Shown here: piece after piece, positions 8,780-18,399 of the stretch
Layout: the number at the start of each line of letters is the position of its first letter
Numbering within the stretch: the first letter of the stretch is position 1
Source of the DNA: Candidatus Bathyarchaeota archaeon
GTDB taxonomy: Archaea; Thermoproteota; Bathyarchaeia; Bathyarchaeales; Bathycorpusculaceae
NCBI GenBank assembly: GCA_963707955.1
Contig: OY970176.1
Location: forward strand, 2,240,001-2,304,000
Length of the DNA stretch: 64,000 nt
Direction of reading: 5' to 3'
The notes under the pieces: model-generated
The model's database searches: none
Seen by the model: only the letters and a program-made list of their open reading frames with translations
What the model was told of the DNA's origin: nothing
Position numbers and translations under genes: made by a program

Positions 8780-10486
8780 GTGAGAATGCCTAAACGCCAA
8801 GCGAACTCAGAAGTGTTCAACCAGCTCGCGAAACCCATTCGTGACTCTTTGTCTGAGCTGGGCTTCACCGAGCCCACTTTACCCCAGACAATGGCCATTC
8901 CCCACGTAGCAAAGGGCCAAAACGTCCTCCTGATAGCTCCCACGGGAAGCGGCAAAACAGAGGCGGTTCTGCTCCCGATTTTCTCAGACTTGATTCAACA
9001 AGAAACGAGGAAGGGCATAGCCGTGATTTACATCACGCCTTTGAGGGCCTTGAATCGTGACCTGCTGAAGCGCTTATCCTTCTGGTCGTCAAGAGTGGGC
9101 ATTTCAATCGAGGTGCGACACGGAGACACCGAAATGAAGCTTCGAAGAAGACAAGCGCTTTTTCCACCTGAAATGCTTGTGACAACCCCTGAAACGCTGC
9201 AGGCCATTCTGCCAGGCTCACGAATGAGACAACACTTGGCCAACGTAAGGTATGTTGTCGTTGACGAAGTGCACGAACTTGCGTCAAGCAAGCGCGGTGT
9301 TCAGCTTGCAGTCGCCTTAGAAAGACTTCAAGAAATCGTTGGAAAAGAGTTTCAAAGGATAGGCTTGTCAGCAACTGTTGGCAACTCCGACGAAGTGGCC
9401 CAGTTCATCGCTGGAACAGGCAGAAGCATCGAGGTGGTAGAAGCCTCTTTTCTCAAGGGCTACAGATATCATGTTGAAAACCCGAGCCCAATCGAGTCAG
9501 ACTTCGACCTAGCTGCGAAGCTCAACACGGCGCCTGAGGCAGCTGCAAGAATAAGACGCATAACTGAGCTTGTTGATAGTCACAAGTCAACCTTGATTTT
9601 TGTAAACGCTCGAACGATTGCTGAGATGCTGGGCTACAGGTTCAATCAGCTCGGGCGCAGTGACGTTGCTGTTCATCACGGGTCCTTGTCCAAAGAAGAG
9701 CGAGCCCAAATTGAAGACGAGTTTAAAGCAGGTGCCTTGAAAGCGATAATCTGCACGAGCACTCTGGAGCTCGGCATAGACATTGGAAGCATTGACTTGG
9801 TGATCCAGTATCTTTCGCCCAGACAGGTCAGCAGCTTGATTCAGAGGGTCGGCCGAAGCGGCCACCGATTGGACATGCTGTCAGAAGGCGTCATTGTAAC
9901 CGCGTTTCCAGACGACACGTTGGAGTCGATTGCAGCGGTGAGGAACGCTTGCAAGAACAAGCTTGAACCCGTCGTGATCCACGAAGGTGCCTTGGACGTT
10001 TTGGCTCATCAAATCGTTGGAGCAGTGATGGATAAAGGATTGGTAGAGTCGAAGGAACTATTGTCAATTTTACGGCGAGCCTATCCCTACAGGAAGATTT
10101 CACGAGGCACTTTTTATGAAGTGGTATACTTTTTAGAGCGCTTGGGAAACATAAGAATAGGGGAAGAAGGCAGAGTTTTGAGAAAGGCTCGGAAGACTAG
10201 AAGCTACTATTATGAGAACCTATCCATGATTCCAGATGAGAGACGCTATCCAATCGTGAACGTGATTTCTGACAGAAAAATCGGAACCTTGGGCGACGAA
10301 TTCATGGCTTTGAAAGCCAGAGTGGGCTTGAACATCATCGTCAAGGGCAGAGTGTGGCGAATCGTCCAGATTGAGCAGGAAACTGGGGTTGTCTACGTTG
10401 TTCCTTCGGAGGAGGAAAAAAAACTGGGGTTGTGTAAGTTGTTCCTTCGGAGATCCTCTGGCCGCGATTCCAGGATGGGACGGTGA
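8780..10486 (+). CDS. lhr: Lhr-family DEAD/DEAH helicase, N-terminal part (frameshifted)
   Basis: APTGSGKT, TPLRALNRD, TTPETL, DEVH, SAT, HHGSLS, TSTLELGID, QRVGRSGH. Confidence 0.92.
   Translation: MRMPKRQANSEVFNQLAKPIRDSLSELGFTEPTLPQTMAIPHVAKGQNVLLIAPTGSGKTEAVLLPIFSDLIQQETRKGIAVIYITPLRALNRDLLKRLSFWSSRVGISIEVRHGDTEMKLRRRQALFPPEMLVTTPETLQAILPGSRMRQHLANVRYVVVDEVHELASSKRGVQLAVALERLQEIVGKEFQRIGLSATVGNSDEVAQFIAGTGRSIEVVEASFLKGYRYHVENPSPIESDFDLAAKLNTAPEAAARIRRITELVDSHKSTLIFVNARTIAEMLGYRFNQLGRSDVAVHHGSLSKEERAQIEDEFKAGALKAIICTSTLELGIDIGSIDLVIQYLSPRQVSSLIQRVGRSGHRLDMLSEGVIVTAFPDDTLESIAAVRNACKNKLEPVVIHEGALDVLAHQIVGAVMDKGLVESKELLSILRRAYPYRKISRGTFYEVVYFLERLGNIRIGEEGRVLRKARKTRSYYYENLSMIPDERRYPIVNVISDRKIGTLGDEFMALKARVGLNIIVKGRVWRIVQIEQETGVVYVVPSEEEKKLGLCKLFLRRSSGRDSRMGR
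10381..10452 (+). repeat. Imperfect tandem duplication inside lhr
   Basis: aactggggttgtctacgttgttccttcggag (10381-10411) vs aactggggttgtgtaagttgttccttcggag (10422-10452). Confidence 0.9.
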
Positions 10487-10487
10487 G

Positions 10488-11753
10488 ATGCTTCCCGTCC
10501 CTTTTGATCTCGCACAGGCAACGGGCAAACTGCGCGAAGAAATTGCAGATCAGCTGAAGAAGACGAAAAACGCGGAGGCCGCAGCGGAAACGCTTGCATC
10601 GAGACTCTCAACCGACAGGTCTGCGTTGCTTGCAACAGTCAAAGAGGTTGAAGAGCACATGAAAACTGGAGCGCCACTGCCCACGCATAATCATATCGTT
10701 GTCGAATCTTTCGACAAGTACTTGATAATTCACGCTTGCTTCGGTGAACTGGTGAATCGCACTTTGGGCTGCGTTTTTGACGCTGTGCTCTCTGAGCGGG
10801 AAGTGATAGTCGGCTGGTGGAACGACGGTTACCGCATACTCATCGAGACGCCCAGAAAACTGAACCCGAATGAGACTGAAAAACTGTCTGAAACGTTGTT
10901 TGGATTGACAAGTAAAGAGGTTGACAAGGCTTTCGAGGATTACTTGGAAGCCAAGTTTCCCTTCTCTTACAAGATGAAGTTTGTTGCTGAAAGGTTCGGT
11001 GTTTTGCCACGGGGAAAAACCATGAGCTATGAAAGGTTGAGCCAGCTTCCGAGACGATTCGGCGATACCCCTATTTATGATGAAACACTGCGAGAGGCGA
11101 TGATAGAGAAAGTCGACAAAAAGAGAGCCAAAGAGATCATGCGACATGTTAAGAGCGGCCTAGTAAAGGTCAGCACCGTGTGCAGCTTGGAGAAACCAAC
11201 ACCGTTGGCTTATCACATACTCGCAAAGTTTTCAGACATGTCAGAGCTGATGGCTCCTGAACAGGTCTTGCTAAGCAACATAGACAGGATGAAAATGGCA
11301 ATAGAGGCCAGAACAGCAAGGATGCTCTGCATGTCTTGCGGCGAATTCGCAGGCGACCTGAAAATTAGAGATATGCCTGAACAACCGTCATGCAGGAAAT
11401 GCGGATCGAAGCTTCTGACGGTTCTGTACACAAGCCAAGACGCAGACCATTTGGGCGAATTGCTTAGAAGAAGACGAGAAGGCAGCATGCTGACGGAGGA
11501 AGAGCTGAAGGAGTTAACTCAGGCAAGACGAGCCGCGGACCTGGTGCTGAGCTACGGAAGAAAAGCGCTCATTGCCCTTGAAGTCAAGGGTGTAGGCCCT
11601 GAAACTGCCTCAAGAATTCTTGGAAAAATGCATCCGAAAGAAGAAGAGTTTTTCATGGACCTTCTGAAGGCGAAGATCCAGTACCTGCGAACCCGCGAAT
11701 TCTGGGAAGAAAAAGAAAATCGCAAAGAATTCCGCAGTGTTGATAGCTCATAA
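10488..11753 (+). CDS. lhr: Lhr helicase, C-terminal part
   Basis: Continues IPGW.GE.LPVPF, IHACFG..VNRTL, CxxC..CxxC zinc ribbon, GVGPETA.RIL; joins the N-part if the 40-bp duplication at ~10412-10451 is removed. Confidence 0.88.
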   Translation: MLPVPFDLAQATGKLREEIADQLKKTKNAEAAAETLASRLSTDRSALLATVKEVEEHMKTGAPLPTHNHIVVESFDKYLIIHACFGELVNRTLGCVFDAVLSEREVIVGWWNDGYRILIETPRKLNPNETEKLSETLFGLTSKEVDKAFEDYLEAKFPFSYKMKFVAERFGVLPRGKTMSYERLSQLPRRFGDTPIYDETLREAMIEKVDKKRAKEIMRHVKSGLVKVSTVCSLEKPTPLAYHILAKFSDMSELMAPEQVLLSNIDRMKMAIEARTARMLCMSCGEFAGDLKIRDMPEQPSCRKCGSKLLTVLYTSQDADHLGELLRRRREGSMLTEEELKELTQARRAADLVLSYGRKALIALEVKGVGPETASRILGKMHPKEEEFFMDLLKAKIQYLRTREFWEEKENRKEFRSVDSS

Positions 11754-11757
11754 CAAG

Positions 11758-11983
11758 ATGAACAGTTCCCAAGGTGAAAACTTGGCTGATCTCACGGGGA
11801 AGCTCAAAGATTTCGTCAAAAAGAAAGGAGCAACACTCGTAGGAGTTGCAACCGCCAAAAGATTCTCAAGAGCGCCGAAAGGCCATCGTCCGAGAGACCT
11901 CTTGCCGAACGCCAAAAGTGTCATCTCCATAGGTCTAAGAATAAACAAGTCTTCAATTCTTCAACTTCCAAAAACCATGAGAG
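11758..11983 (+). pseudogene. Epoxyqueuosine reductase (QueG)-like Fe-S protein, 5' part
   Basis: GA.LVGVA...RF..AP.GHRP.DLLP.AKSVIS; joins in frame (PKT-MREY) to 13522 after removing the insertion. Confidence 0.88.
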
Positions 11984-11990
11984 GATACTG

Positions 11991-12278
11991 TTAAGTTATT
12001 TGACCCAGTTCTTCTTTGATTTTTAGAACTAGGTCGCAGAACTCTGAAAAATGGTCAAAAGGGATGTTTAGTTTCTCTCGATAGCGCCATTTTCCTTTTT
12101 TGCTTTTGGATATTCGCTGAAATTTAATACCATGCCAGAACGGTTCTTCTGTGTCTACATCGTAATGAGTAACATCAAGAACTCTGATTCTATTATCTGC
12201 TCCCAATGCTCTTACCGATAACAAGATGACCTCTTGATACCATTCACCAAACTCTCTGATCTTGTCATTTTTTGACAT
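11991..12278 (-). CDS. Small hypothetical protein, possible PC4/PUR-like ssDNA-binding fold
   Basis: GIKFQR....KGKW....KLNIPF..F.EF pattern resembles PC4-like beta-beta-helix; stop codon lies in the TIR. Confidence 0.55.
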   Translation of the reverse strand: MSKNDKIREFGEWYQEVILLSVRALGADNRIRVLDVTHYDVDTEEPFWHGIKFQRISKSKKGKWRYREKLNIPFDHFSEFCDLVLKIKEELGQIT

Positions 12279-12297
12279 GCAATCACCAGTTTTATTT

Positions 12298-12525
12298 TTA
12301 TGCCAACAAGAGCAGGATGCTCAAGGGAACAACAACATAATTTCTTCCGATTTCTAGCTGAGTCCTTGATGTCAAAATTCCACACTTATGTGAACAACCA
12401 GTTTTCATAAAGTCATAAATTCTGTTTACGTCATCACGTTGAACATTGTCTGAGTATTTTACTTCAATAGGTAGAAACCTGTTATCTATGTTAATAACAA
12501 AATCTACTTCTCTTTTCTTGCCCGA
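12298..12525 (-). pseudogene. C-terminal remnant of an AAA-ATPase/DUF4143 (PD-(D/E)XK) protein
   Basis: KREVDFVI......PIEVKY ...VPL..LL; no N-terminal ATPase. Confidence 0.7.
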
Positions 12526-12556
12526 TAAAATGCATCGATCGATTCCTGACGATAGC

Positions 12557-13300
12557 TCATAGTTTTGATTTGTAGGTAGGATCAGTGGCAGTTCGACGTC
12601 CTTGTAACTCGAGAAGATCGGGATACAATTCAATGAATTCTGCAAACTTGAAGACTCCATAAGATTTGGGGTCGAAAGCTGGGTCAAGGCGTCTTAGAGC
12701 AGTGCTTAATGCTGCTCCCTTCACGAACCCATTTTCATCTTGCGCGGCCTTTATTGCCCTTATTAAGAGTTCTCGCCCTTGTTCCTTTGTTGGTTCTGCG
12801 TTCGTTGCCTCTGCAGAACCTTGAACATTCTCTGATTGAATCTCCCCTTTTTCGACCGCGACCTCTCCTATGAGATTTTCGAGTAACAAGAACTCGTCAC
12901 ACGCATTAACGAATGCTGGAGGAGTAACTCTGCGACCCACGCCTATAACTCTCAAACCTTCTTCGCGAATTCGTGTGGCCAATCCTGTAAAGTCACTGTC
13001 AGAACTCACCAGCACAAATACGTCGACATCCTTCGAATGAAGAATGTCCATTGCGTCGATTGTCATGGCTGAATCAGTGATGTTTTTACCCGATGAGAAC
13101 CTAAACTGCTGAATCGGTCTTATAGCGAACTCCCTGAAAACCGAAATCCATCCTTGCAAGTTCGGTGACGTCCAATCACCATATGATCGTTTGATAATCA
13201 CACGCCCATATCGTGCGCACGCATCAAGTATTGCCTTAACGTAATCCTTTGAAGTATTATCGGCGTCGAAGAGTACCGCCAAGTTGCTCTTTTCGGTCAT
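12557..13300 (-). CDS. NYN-domain (LabA/DUF88 PIN-like) RNase with C-terminal OST-HTH/LOTUS
   Basis: AVLFDADN, YGDW, GKN.TD..M.IDAMD, LVSSDSDFT.LA.RIRE.G, DP.FDP.SYG..KF. Confidence 0.92.
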   Translation of the reverse strand: MTEKSNLAVLFDADNTSKDYVKAILDACARYGRVIIKRSYGDWTSPNLQGWISVFREFAIRPIQQFRFSSGKNITDSAMTIDAMDILHSKDVDVFVLVSSDSDFTGLATRIREEGLRVIGVGRRVTPPAFVNACDEFLLLENLIGEVAVEKGEIQSENVQGSAEATNAEPTKEQGRELLIRAIKAAQDENGFVKGAALSTALRRLDPAFDPKSYGVFKFAEFIELYPDLLELQGRRTATDPTYKSKL

Positions 13301-13521
13301 TGCGAAGTCTTTGCCAACGGAGTCAGAAGTCTGACTTGCACCCAACATTCCTCACCTGAAAGATAGTGAGCACAGTTGGCTAATAAGTCTAGTTTTTTAT
13401 GCTGGTTATGTTCTTTCAATTGCCTAAAATAATAGTATGAGCAATCCATCCTAGAATTCATATCCGCGCCACCACAGCAAACTTCAGTACCAGGTTGGGT
13501 CAAATAACTTAACAGTATCCC

Positions 13522-14013
13522 ATGAGAGAGTACAAGATAAACTATGATGTGGCAAACCTCAAGCTTAACAGCCTAGCATGGGAGACAGCGCGATTTCTCG
13601 AAGACCTTGGATACGAAGCTTTAGCGATTCCAGCCAGCTCACCGTACGATAAAAAGAAGAATTTCGGGGATATGTCGCACAAGCACGCTGCCGTTGCAGC
13701 TGGCCTGGGCAGATTTGGAATGAACAATCTGGTCCTGACACCAGAGTACGGGCCTTACGTACGTTTTGTCACAGTCATAACAAGCGCCGCGCTCAGACCT
13801 GACAGACCCTTAACCGAAGACATTTGCCTTCTGGACAAGTGCCTAAAATGCGTCAAGGCCTGTCCCGCCGGAGCCCTGGAAAACCCAGTCTACGATGCTG
13901 CTGAAGGATGGCTGATAGACAAGGAGAAATGCCACGAATACATTCACATCGTCTCTGGCAGAGACGTATGTGGCCTCTGCATCAAAGCGTGCCCAATAAC
14001 GAGACCACAATGA
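13522..14013 (+). pseudogene. QueG-like Fe-S protein, 3' part
   Basis: SHKHAAVAAGLG.FG.N.L..TPEYGP.VR, C..C.KC..ACP, CG.CIKACP. Confidence 0.88.
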
Positions 14014-14059
14014 CCCGCGATCAAAACCCAACGACTAAGGGCCATTAAGGATAGAGAAC

Positions 14060-14125
14060 ATGACCAGAGATCCACGCTGAAGCCGACGTTAGGACTGCTC
14101 AACGCCACGGCCTAAAGCCTAGGAT
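14060..14125 (+). pseudogene. Degraded 5' stub of an APC-family permease
   Basis: TLKPTLGLLNATA.SLG matches the APC N-terminal LK..LGL..A.A..(V/L)G pattern; ends at CGCGCGCTA. Confidence 0.55.
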
Positions 14126-14565
14126 CGCGCGCTAAATGAGGATTAGCAGAAAAGCATGGACTTTTGTAACAATTTTGCTGTAACAATCTGTCACAAACTC
14201 AGTTTTTCTAGAATTCCCAGAATTCCAATCAACACGATGGACTTTTTGAGGTGTCGTGACACTTCACAAAAAAGAGACCAGTTCTCAAAGAATTAAGCTC
14301 TTTTTTGCGTTAACACATGGAACTATTCTCAAAACTGCATTAACGTAGCGCGCTACCATGGTTTAAGAGTGCAGAACATGCCTGAAATTAGGTGCGGTCT
14401 TCTGGAAATAGAACGATTAGGATTTACAACATGTAAGCGCGCGCGCTCAAGACTATTACGAGTTTTTTTAAATTGCCGCCCGCGCTAAATGGACCTATAA
14501 TGGCGACATAAAATCTTTTATTACTAGATCGTGAATCAGCTAAGCAACTTCACAGAGGACAGTCA

Positions 14566-15492
14566 TTGTCAAAAGTCAAGAAAACAAAGGAAGACGCGCC
14601 TCGACGTTGTGACTACATCATTACCAACTACAGAAAGGCGCGTCAAAGCATTGACCAATCAAAGCTGAAGTTGAACGACACGTCTAGAGAACTCGATGAA
14701 GTGATCAACAAGTATAGCATGCTGAACAAGTTTTGCGGCCAAGTCTCAGCGATGCCAACCGGTTCTTTCTCGCAATTCCAAAAGGCGAACCTCGAAAGCC
14801 TTCTTGTTTCTGGAGCTGACAACGCGACAATGGCCTTAGGAAGGGCGAGGGAGATCGAGAAGACCATTCCACATTTTTCTGCAGTAGTTTCTTCGGGAAG
14901 CGCACTTGTTCTTGGCATTGCTGAAATCGCAAGAAACATTGCTGAAAGCTCTGAGGACACAAGGAAACTGGTCGCAGGATGGAATCTGCCCACGCCCAGG
15001 GAAAATCAGAATGCGCTCACTTCGAGGGTTCATGAGATTGAGCCACGTCTTGAGGTTAAACTCAACGGAGCTTGGCAAACCTTGTTCGACAGAACCAAAG
15101 TTGATAGGTTTCGTCAATCTTCAAGCTCGATGAGAGAGCTAATCTCTGACACTTTACAGGTTTTGGCTCCAGATTCAGGAATACAAGAGACTTCTTGGTT
15201 TTCCCAAAACGGTCCCAACAGAAAGCCGACTCAAGCAGAGCGTGCCTACTATGCCATTGTTGGAAAGAATCCAGCGGTTGAACAAAAGGATCTGAAGTCA
15301 GCAGCAGACCTAGCCAAGAATATTCGCGAATCATATGAAAAGCTCAACAAATATACCCACGAAAGAACAAGCCATCCAGAGATAAAACCTGAGGATCTCG
15401 AAAGCCAATTGGTCAGCGTTTTCAATGAGACGCAGATCTACCTTCTGGAAATCCTCAGAATGCGAGAGAAGTTTTTCAGAGACCTAATATAG
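14566..15492 (+). CDS. Hypothetical protein with C-terminal pPIWI-associating nuclease-like (HEPN-like) domain
   Basis: R(Q)...SMREL....L..LAPD..I....W.......KPT...R..Y and LNKYTH. Confidence 0.65.
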   Translation: MSKVKKTKEDAPRRCDYIITNYRKARQSIDQSKLKLNDTSRELDEVINKYSMLNKFCGQVSAMPTGSFSQFQKANLESLLVSGADNATMALGRAREIEKTIPHFSAVVSSGSALVLGIAEIARNIAESSEDTRKLVAGWNLPTPRENQNALTSRVHEIEPRLEVKLNGAWQTLFDRTKVDRFRQSSSSMRELISDTLQVLAPDSGIQETSWFSQNGPNRKPTQAERAYYAIVGKNPAVEQKDLKSAADLAKNIRESYEKLNKYTHERTSHPEIKPEDLESQLVSVFNETQIYLLEILRMREKFFRDLI

Positions 15493-15604
15493 ACTTTCGC
15501 CCGATGTCTTTGTCATTGGCTTACGTCTGTACTGATATCCCGAACCATTTCTCATAAGCATAGAAAACTTGGATGACTGCGATTGTCTTGGCTTTGTTGA
15601 AGAG

Positions 15605-16258
15605 CTATCTTAATAGAGGTTGGATCAGTGCTCTCACTTTTTCCAGCGCACTCACGACTCCACCTACGGTAGCGACGCATTTTAGCACATTCCACGCTGT
15701 TCTGAGTATACTTCGGTCTGGATTTGATTTCAATAGCTGGCTCTTAATGGTTTCAATTTCAGCCTGATAATTCAACTTCTCTTCGTCAGAGAGTCTATCG
15801 GTTTGTCGAATTTCTTCCCCAAGCAAATCGAGACTCCGGTAAAGATTACTGTACTGATTATACACGTAATTGCCATCCCCGATCACTGTAACCCCTTGAA
15901 TGTTGGTTATGTTGATACCTGTTAGCTTCGGAGTCCGTTGGAATTTGGAAGGGCCTTCAAAATGATTAATGCCTTTATCAGCTATTCTATAAGAGACGTT
16001 CTCTGCCCTTATGGTTGCGCTACCTCTAGTTATCGGGAACGTTTTCCTTTCTTCATTTACCCAACCGCTCTGAATTAGATAGTAGAGGTTACTAGCTACC
16101 TCTTGTTCGTTGAGTCCCTTTTCCTTCAATACTTGTTTTATCTCTCTCCTTCTAACGCCCGCTCCACTCACACTTCTGGATTTTTTGTACTTTGAGTACA
16201 GATATTCCAGGATAAGTTCTCTTATTTCATCGCTAGTTCTGTCTAGGGCAAGTGACAT
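15605..16258 (-). CDS. Hypothetical protein: winged-helix N-terminus, N/G-rich linker, helical C-terminus
   Basis: IL.YLY...NL.YL...GWV...YRI..KGI wHTH pattern; 217-aa clean ORF. Confidence 0.7.
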   Translation of the reverse strand: MSLALDRTSDEIRELILEYLYSKYKKSRSVSGAGVRRREIKQVLKEKGLNEQEVASNLYYLIQSGWVNEERKTFPITRGSATIRAENVSYRIADKGINHFEGPSKFQRTPKLTGINITNIQGVTVIGDGNYVYNQYSNLYRSLDLLGEEIRQTDRLSDEEKLNYQAEIETIKSQLLKSNPDRSILRTAWNVLKCVATVGGVVSALEKVRALIQPLLR

Positions 16259-16448
16259 TTACCAGATCCGTTCCTACCAATAATGCAACTTTGCGATGGG
16301 TCTAAAATAGATAGCGCATCCTAAATCTAGATGAATGATCAACATCGTAACAGCCGGGTTTGCGACCATCATCGTATAGCGCCAATTTGATTTGGTAAAA
16401 AGTAATAAAGGGATATAAAGGCAAATCTGAAAATGACCCTGAGGCGGC

Positions 16449-17534
16449 ATGAAGTACTGGGACTGGGTAGGACGATCTCACGAAGGAATGTCCAGAGATT
16501 TCCCTAATGGTGAGGAGGGCTATAGGGCTGTTTGTTTCATTCGATCCTTTTTTGAGGGAATCGGAATCGAGGAACTACCCCGAAACCATCCGCTTCACAA
16601 CAGACTGCGTATAGGCATGGCTCCGAACTACTCATGGCTAGTACAATATGCACGAAAACTGCTCACTGCCAGTCAACTGTCAGGGTTCGAGGAGATTGCA
16701 AGAAGATTTGCAGATCCTCGGGAATACTTGGCTGCAAATGCTGAGACTGAGGTTGCTCTAAAGATGTACTTAGAAGGACTGGATGTTTCTTTTTCCAGAG
16801 TGGCCTCTCAGCCTACGTGTGACCTGACTGTGAATTTGGGTAGCGAAGTGATTAGAATTGAGGTAACTTCCCTGAATCCGCCTGATGAGGAAACGCGCGT
16901 TTGGACATTGGTCGACCAAGTTAACACCTTAGGTTTCATGAAAGAAGTCGCAACAGGTGGATTCGTAAGCAGGGTTCCATCGCCCAAAATACTTGAAGAC
17001 GTACTAAAACAAGTGAATCGGGCCATTGACGAGACTAAAGATTCGCGCAAGGTTAAGAAGTTCAATTACGAGGGAGTAGCGACAATTTATCTCGCTCCAC
17101 ATGATATGGTAGACCAGATGCCCGAGGATTCCAGACACACTCTTTGCTTTGTTCAACCTCCCCGCAAGCTTATAGAGGAGCAAATAAAAAGAAAGATAGA
17201 AGAGAAAAACAAACAACTAAAACACCACAATGAACCTGGGATACTTTTTCTTTATACGCAGATGATACGCAGACAATCAGTTTCAAAGTTATTTGAACAA
17301 CCAATGGATCATGTCTCAGTTGCATTGGCCTCTTATTCAAAGCTGTTGGGATTAGTTTTGACAGTTCCACATATGGGGATTGAAGTCGCAAACGCTGTGA
17401 AGACGGAAGACCTGAAAAAAGAGCGCAGAGGGGGTAAGCTCTTTCTGGAGACTGAAGCTGGTTCCTACCAGTACGAAAGTTCGTTACTCTGGAAGAATTT
17501 GCATGCTGACCGAGGTTTTCCAGAGAACTTGTAA
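16449..17534 (+). CDS. Hypothetical protein, possible PD-(D/E)XK fold
   Basis: 361-aa ORF; E..VA...CDL.V......IEVT motif. Confidence 0.65.
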   Translation: MKYWDWVGRSHEGMSRDFPNGEEGYRAVCFIRSFFEGIGIEELPRNHPLHNRLRIGMAPNYSWLVQYARKLLTASQLSGFEEIARRFADPREYLAANAETEVALKMYLEGLDVSFSRVASQPTCDLTVNLGSEVIRIEVTSLNPPDEETRVWTLVDQVNTLGFMKEVATGGFVSRVPSPKILEDVLKQVNRAIDETKDSRKVKKFNYEGVATIYLAPHDMVDQMPEDSRHTLCFVQPPRKLIEEQIKRKIEEKNKQLKHHNEPGILFLYTQMIRRQSVSKLFEQPMDHVSVALASYSKLLGLVLTVPHMGIEVANAVKTEDLKKERRGGKLFLETEAGSYQYESSLLWKNLHADRGFPENL

Positions 17535-17765
17535 CCGCGCTAGAGAACTATTCCTCAAACCTAAGGAAACTTTCGCCTCTTCAAGAGTCTTTTGCCGGGT
17601 TGAGGACGACTAGCTGAATTCCTATCGCCAATGGTTTGTAGCGCGCGCTGGTCGTACGCTATTTTTCTTCGTGCGCGCAGTTTTTGATTCAATACTTTTC
17701 GATAGGGAACCGACTAAATCAATGTTTGAGTTTGATATTCAAAAAAGGTCCAAGAACAGCGCGCA

Positions 17766-18173
17766 TTACCTTAGGAATCTGAAGATTTTCTTATACCAAG
17801 GCGTCATTCTATCTTGGATGATTTCACAGAGTTGATTTGCAAGAATCTGCGGGTTGTTGAAGACATCTTCATTGCGGCGTCGGAGCACCTTTATGCCCCG
17901 CCGCGCTAGGTTTGAGTCTCTTTGCCTGTCGTATCTTCTCCGGTCATCATGTATGCTACCGTCAATTTCTAAGCCTAATCGCAGTGTTGGACAGTAAAAG
18001 TCAAGGATGTACCCATATGCCACGAACTGTCGGTGGAAGATATGATTTGGAAAATTAGGCATCACTTGACCTTTTATGATTTCCCACATGCGCGCCTCTG
18101 CTGGTTTCGGATTGTGTCGCATTTCATAGGCTTTTTCGAACTTGAAAGGCGCACTTCTTCGACGGCGATACAT
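17766..18173 (-). CDS. DUF559/Vsr-like endonuclease-domain protein
   Basis: AE..MW, F.RQ....YILDFYC....L.LEIDGSIH......D..RD..L...GI.VLR. Confidence 0.9.
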   Translation of the reverse strand: MYRRRRSAPFKFEKAYEMRHNPKPAEARMWEIIKGQVMPNFPNHIFHRQFVAYGYILDFYCPTLRLGLEIDGSIHDDRRRYDRQRDSNLARRGIKVLRRRNEDVFNNPQILANQLCEIIQDRMTPWYKKIFRFLR

Positions 18174-18269
18174 ACCAACCAGGCTACTATTTAATCTCTG
18201 CTAGCGCGATAAGGATTATGAAAACCCTGTAAAGATTGAAACTCAATTGAAAACCACGCAAGTTGCCTT

Positions 18270-18399
18270 TTTTGTTTGGGTTTGAGCTGGGATAAAACTT
18301 TACCCTTTTTCTCTCTCCTGCTAACTCTCTCGCTCACTCTCTCTAAAAAAACAAACAAATAAAAAACACACACACGCAGACAACAAACAAAAACACACA
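18270..18399 (+). repeat. Box + G-poor tract element, copy 1
   Basis: GGATAAAACTTTACCC at 18290-18305 followed by CT-rich then CA-rich tract; fused directly to truncated cas1. Confidence 0.85.

Larger units (their letters stand above)
11984..13519. mobile_element. Non-autonomous TIR cassette (1536 bp) carrying passenger genes, no transposase
   Basis: Perfect 24-bp TIR GATACTGTTAAGTTATTTGACCCA (11984-12007 / 13496-13519); 9-bp TSD CCATGAGAG (11975-11983 / 13520-13528); splits a gene. Confidence 0.93.
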
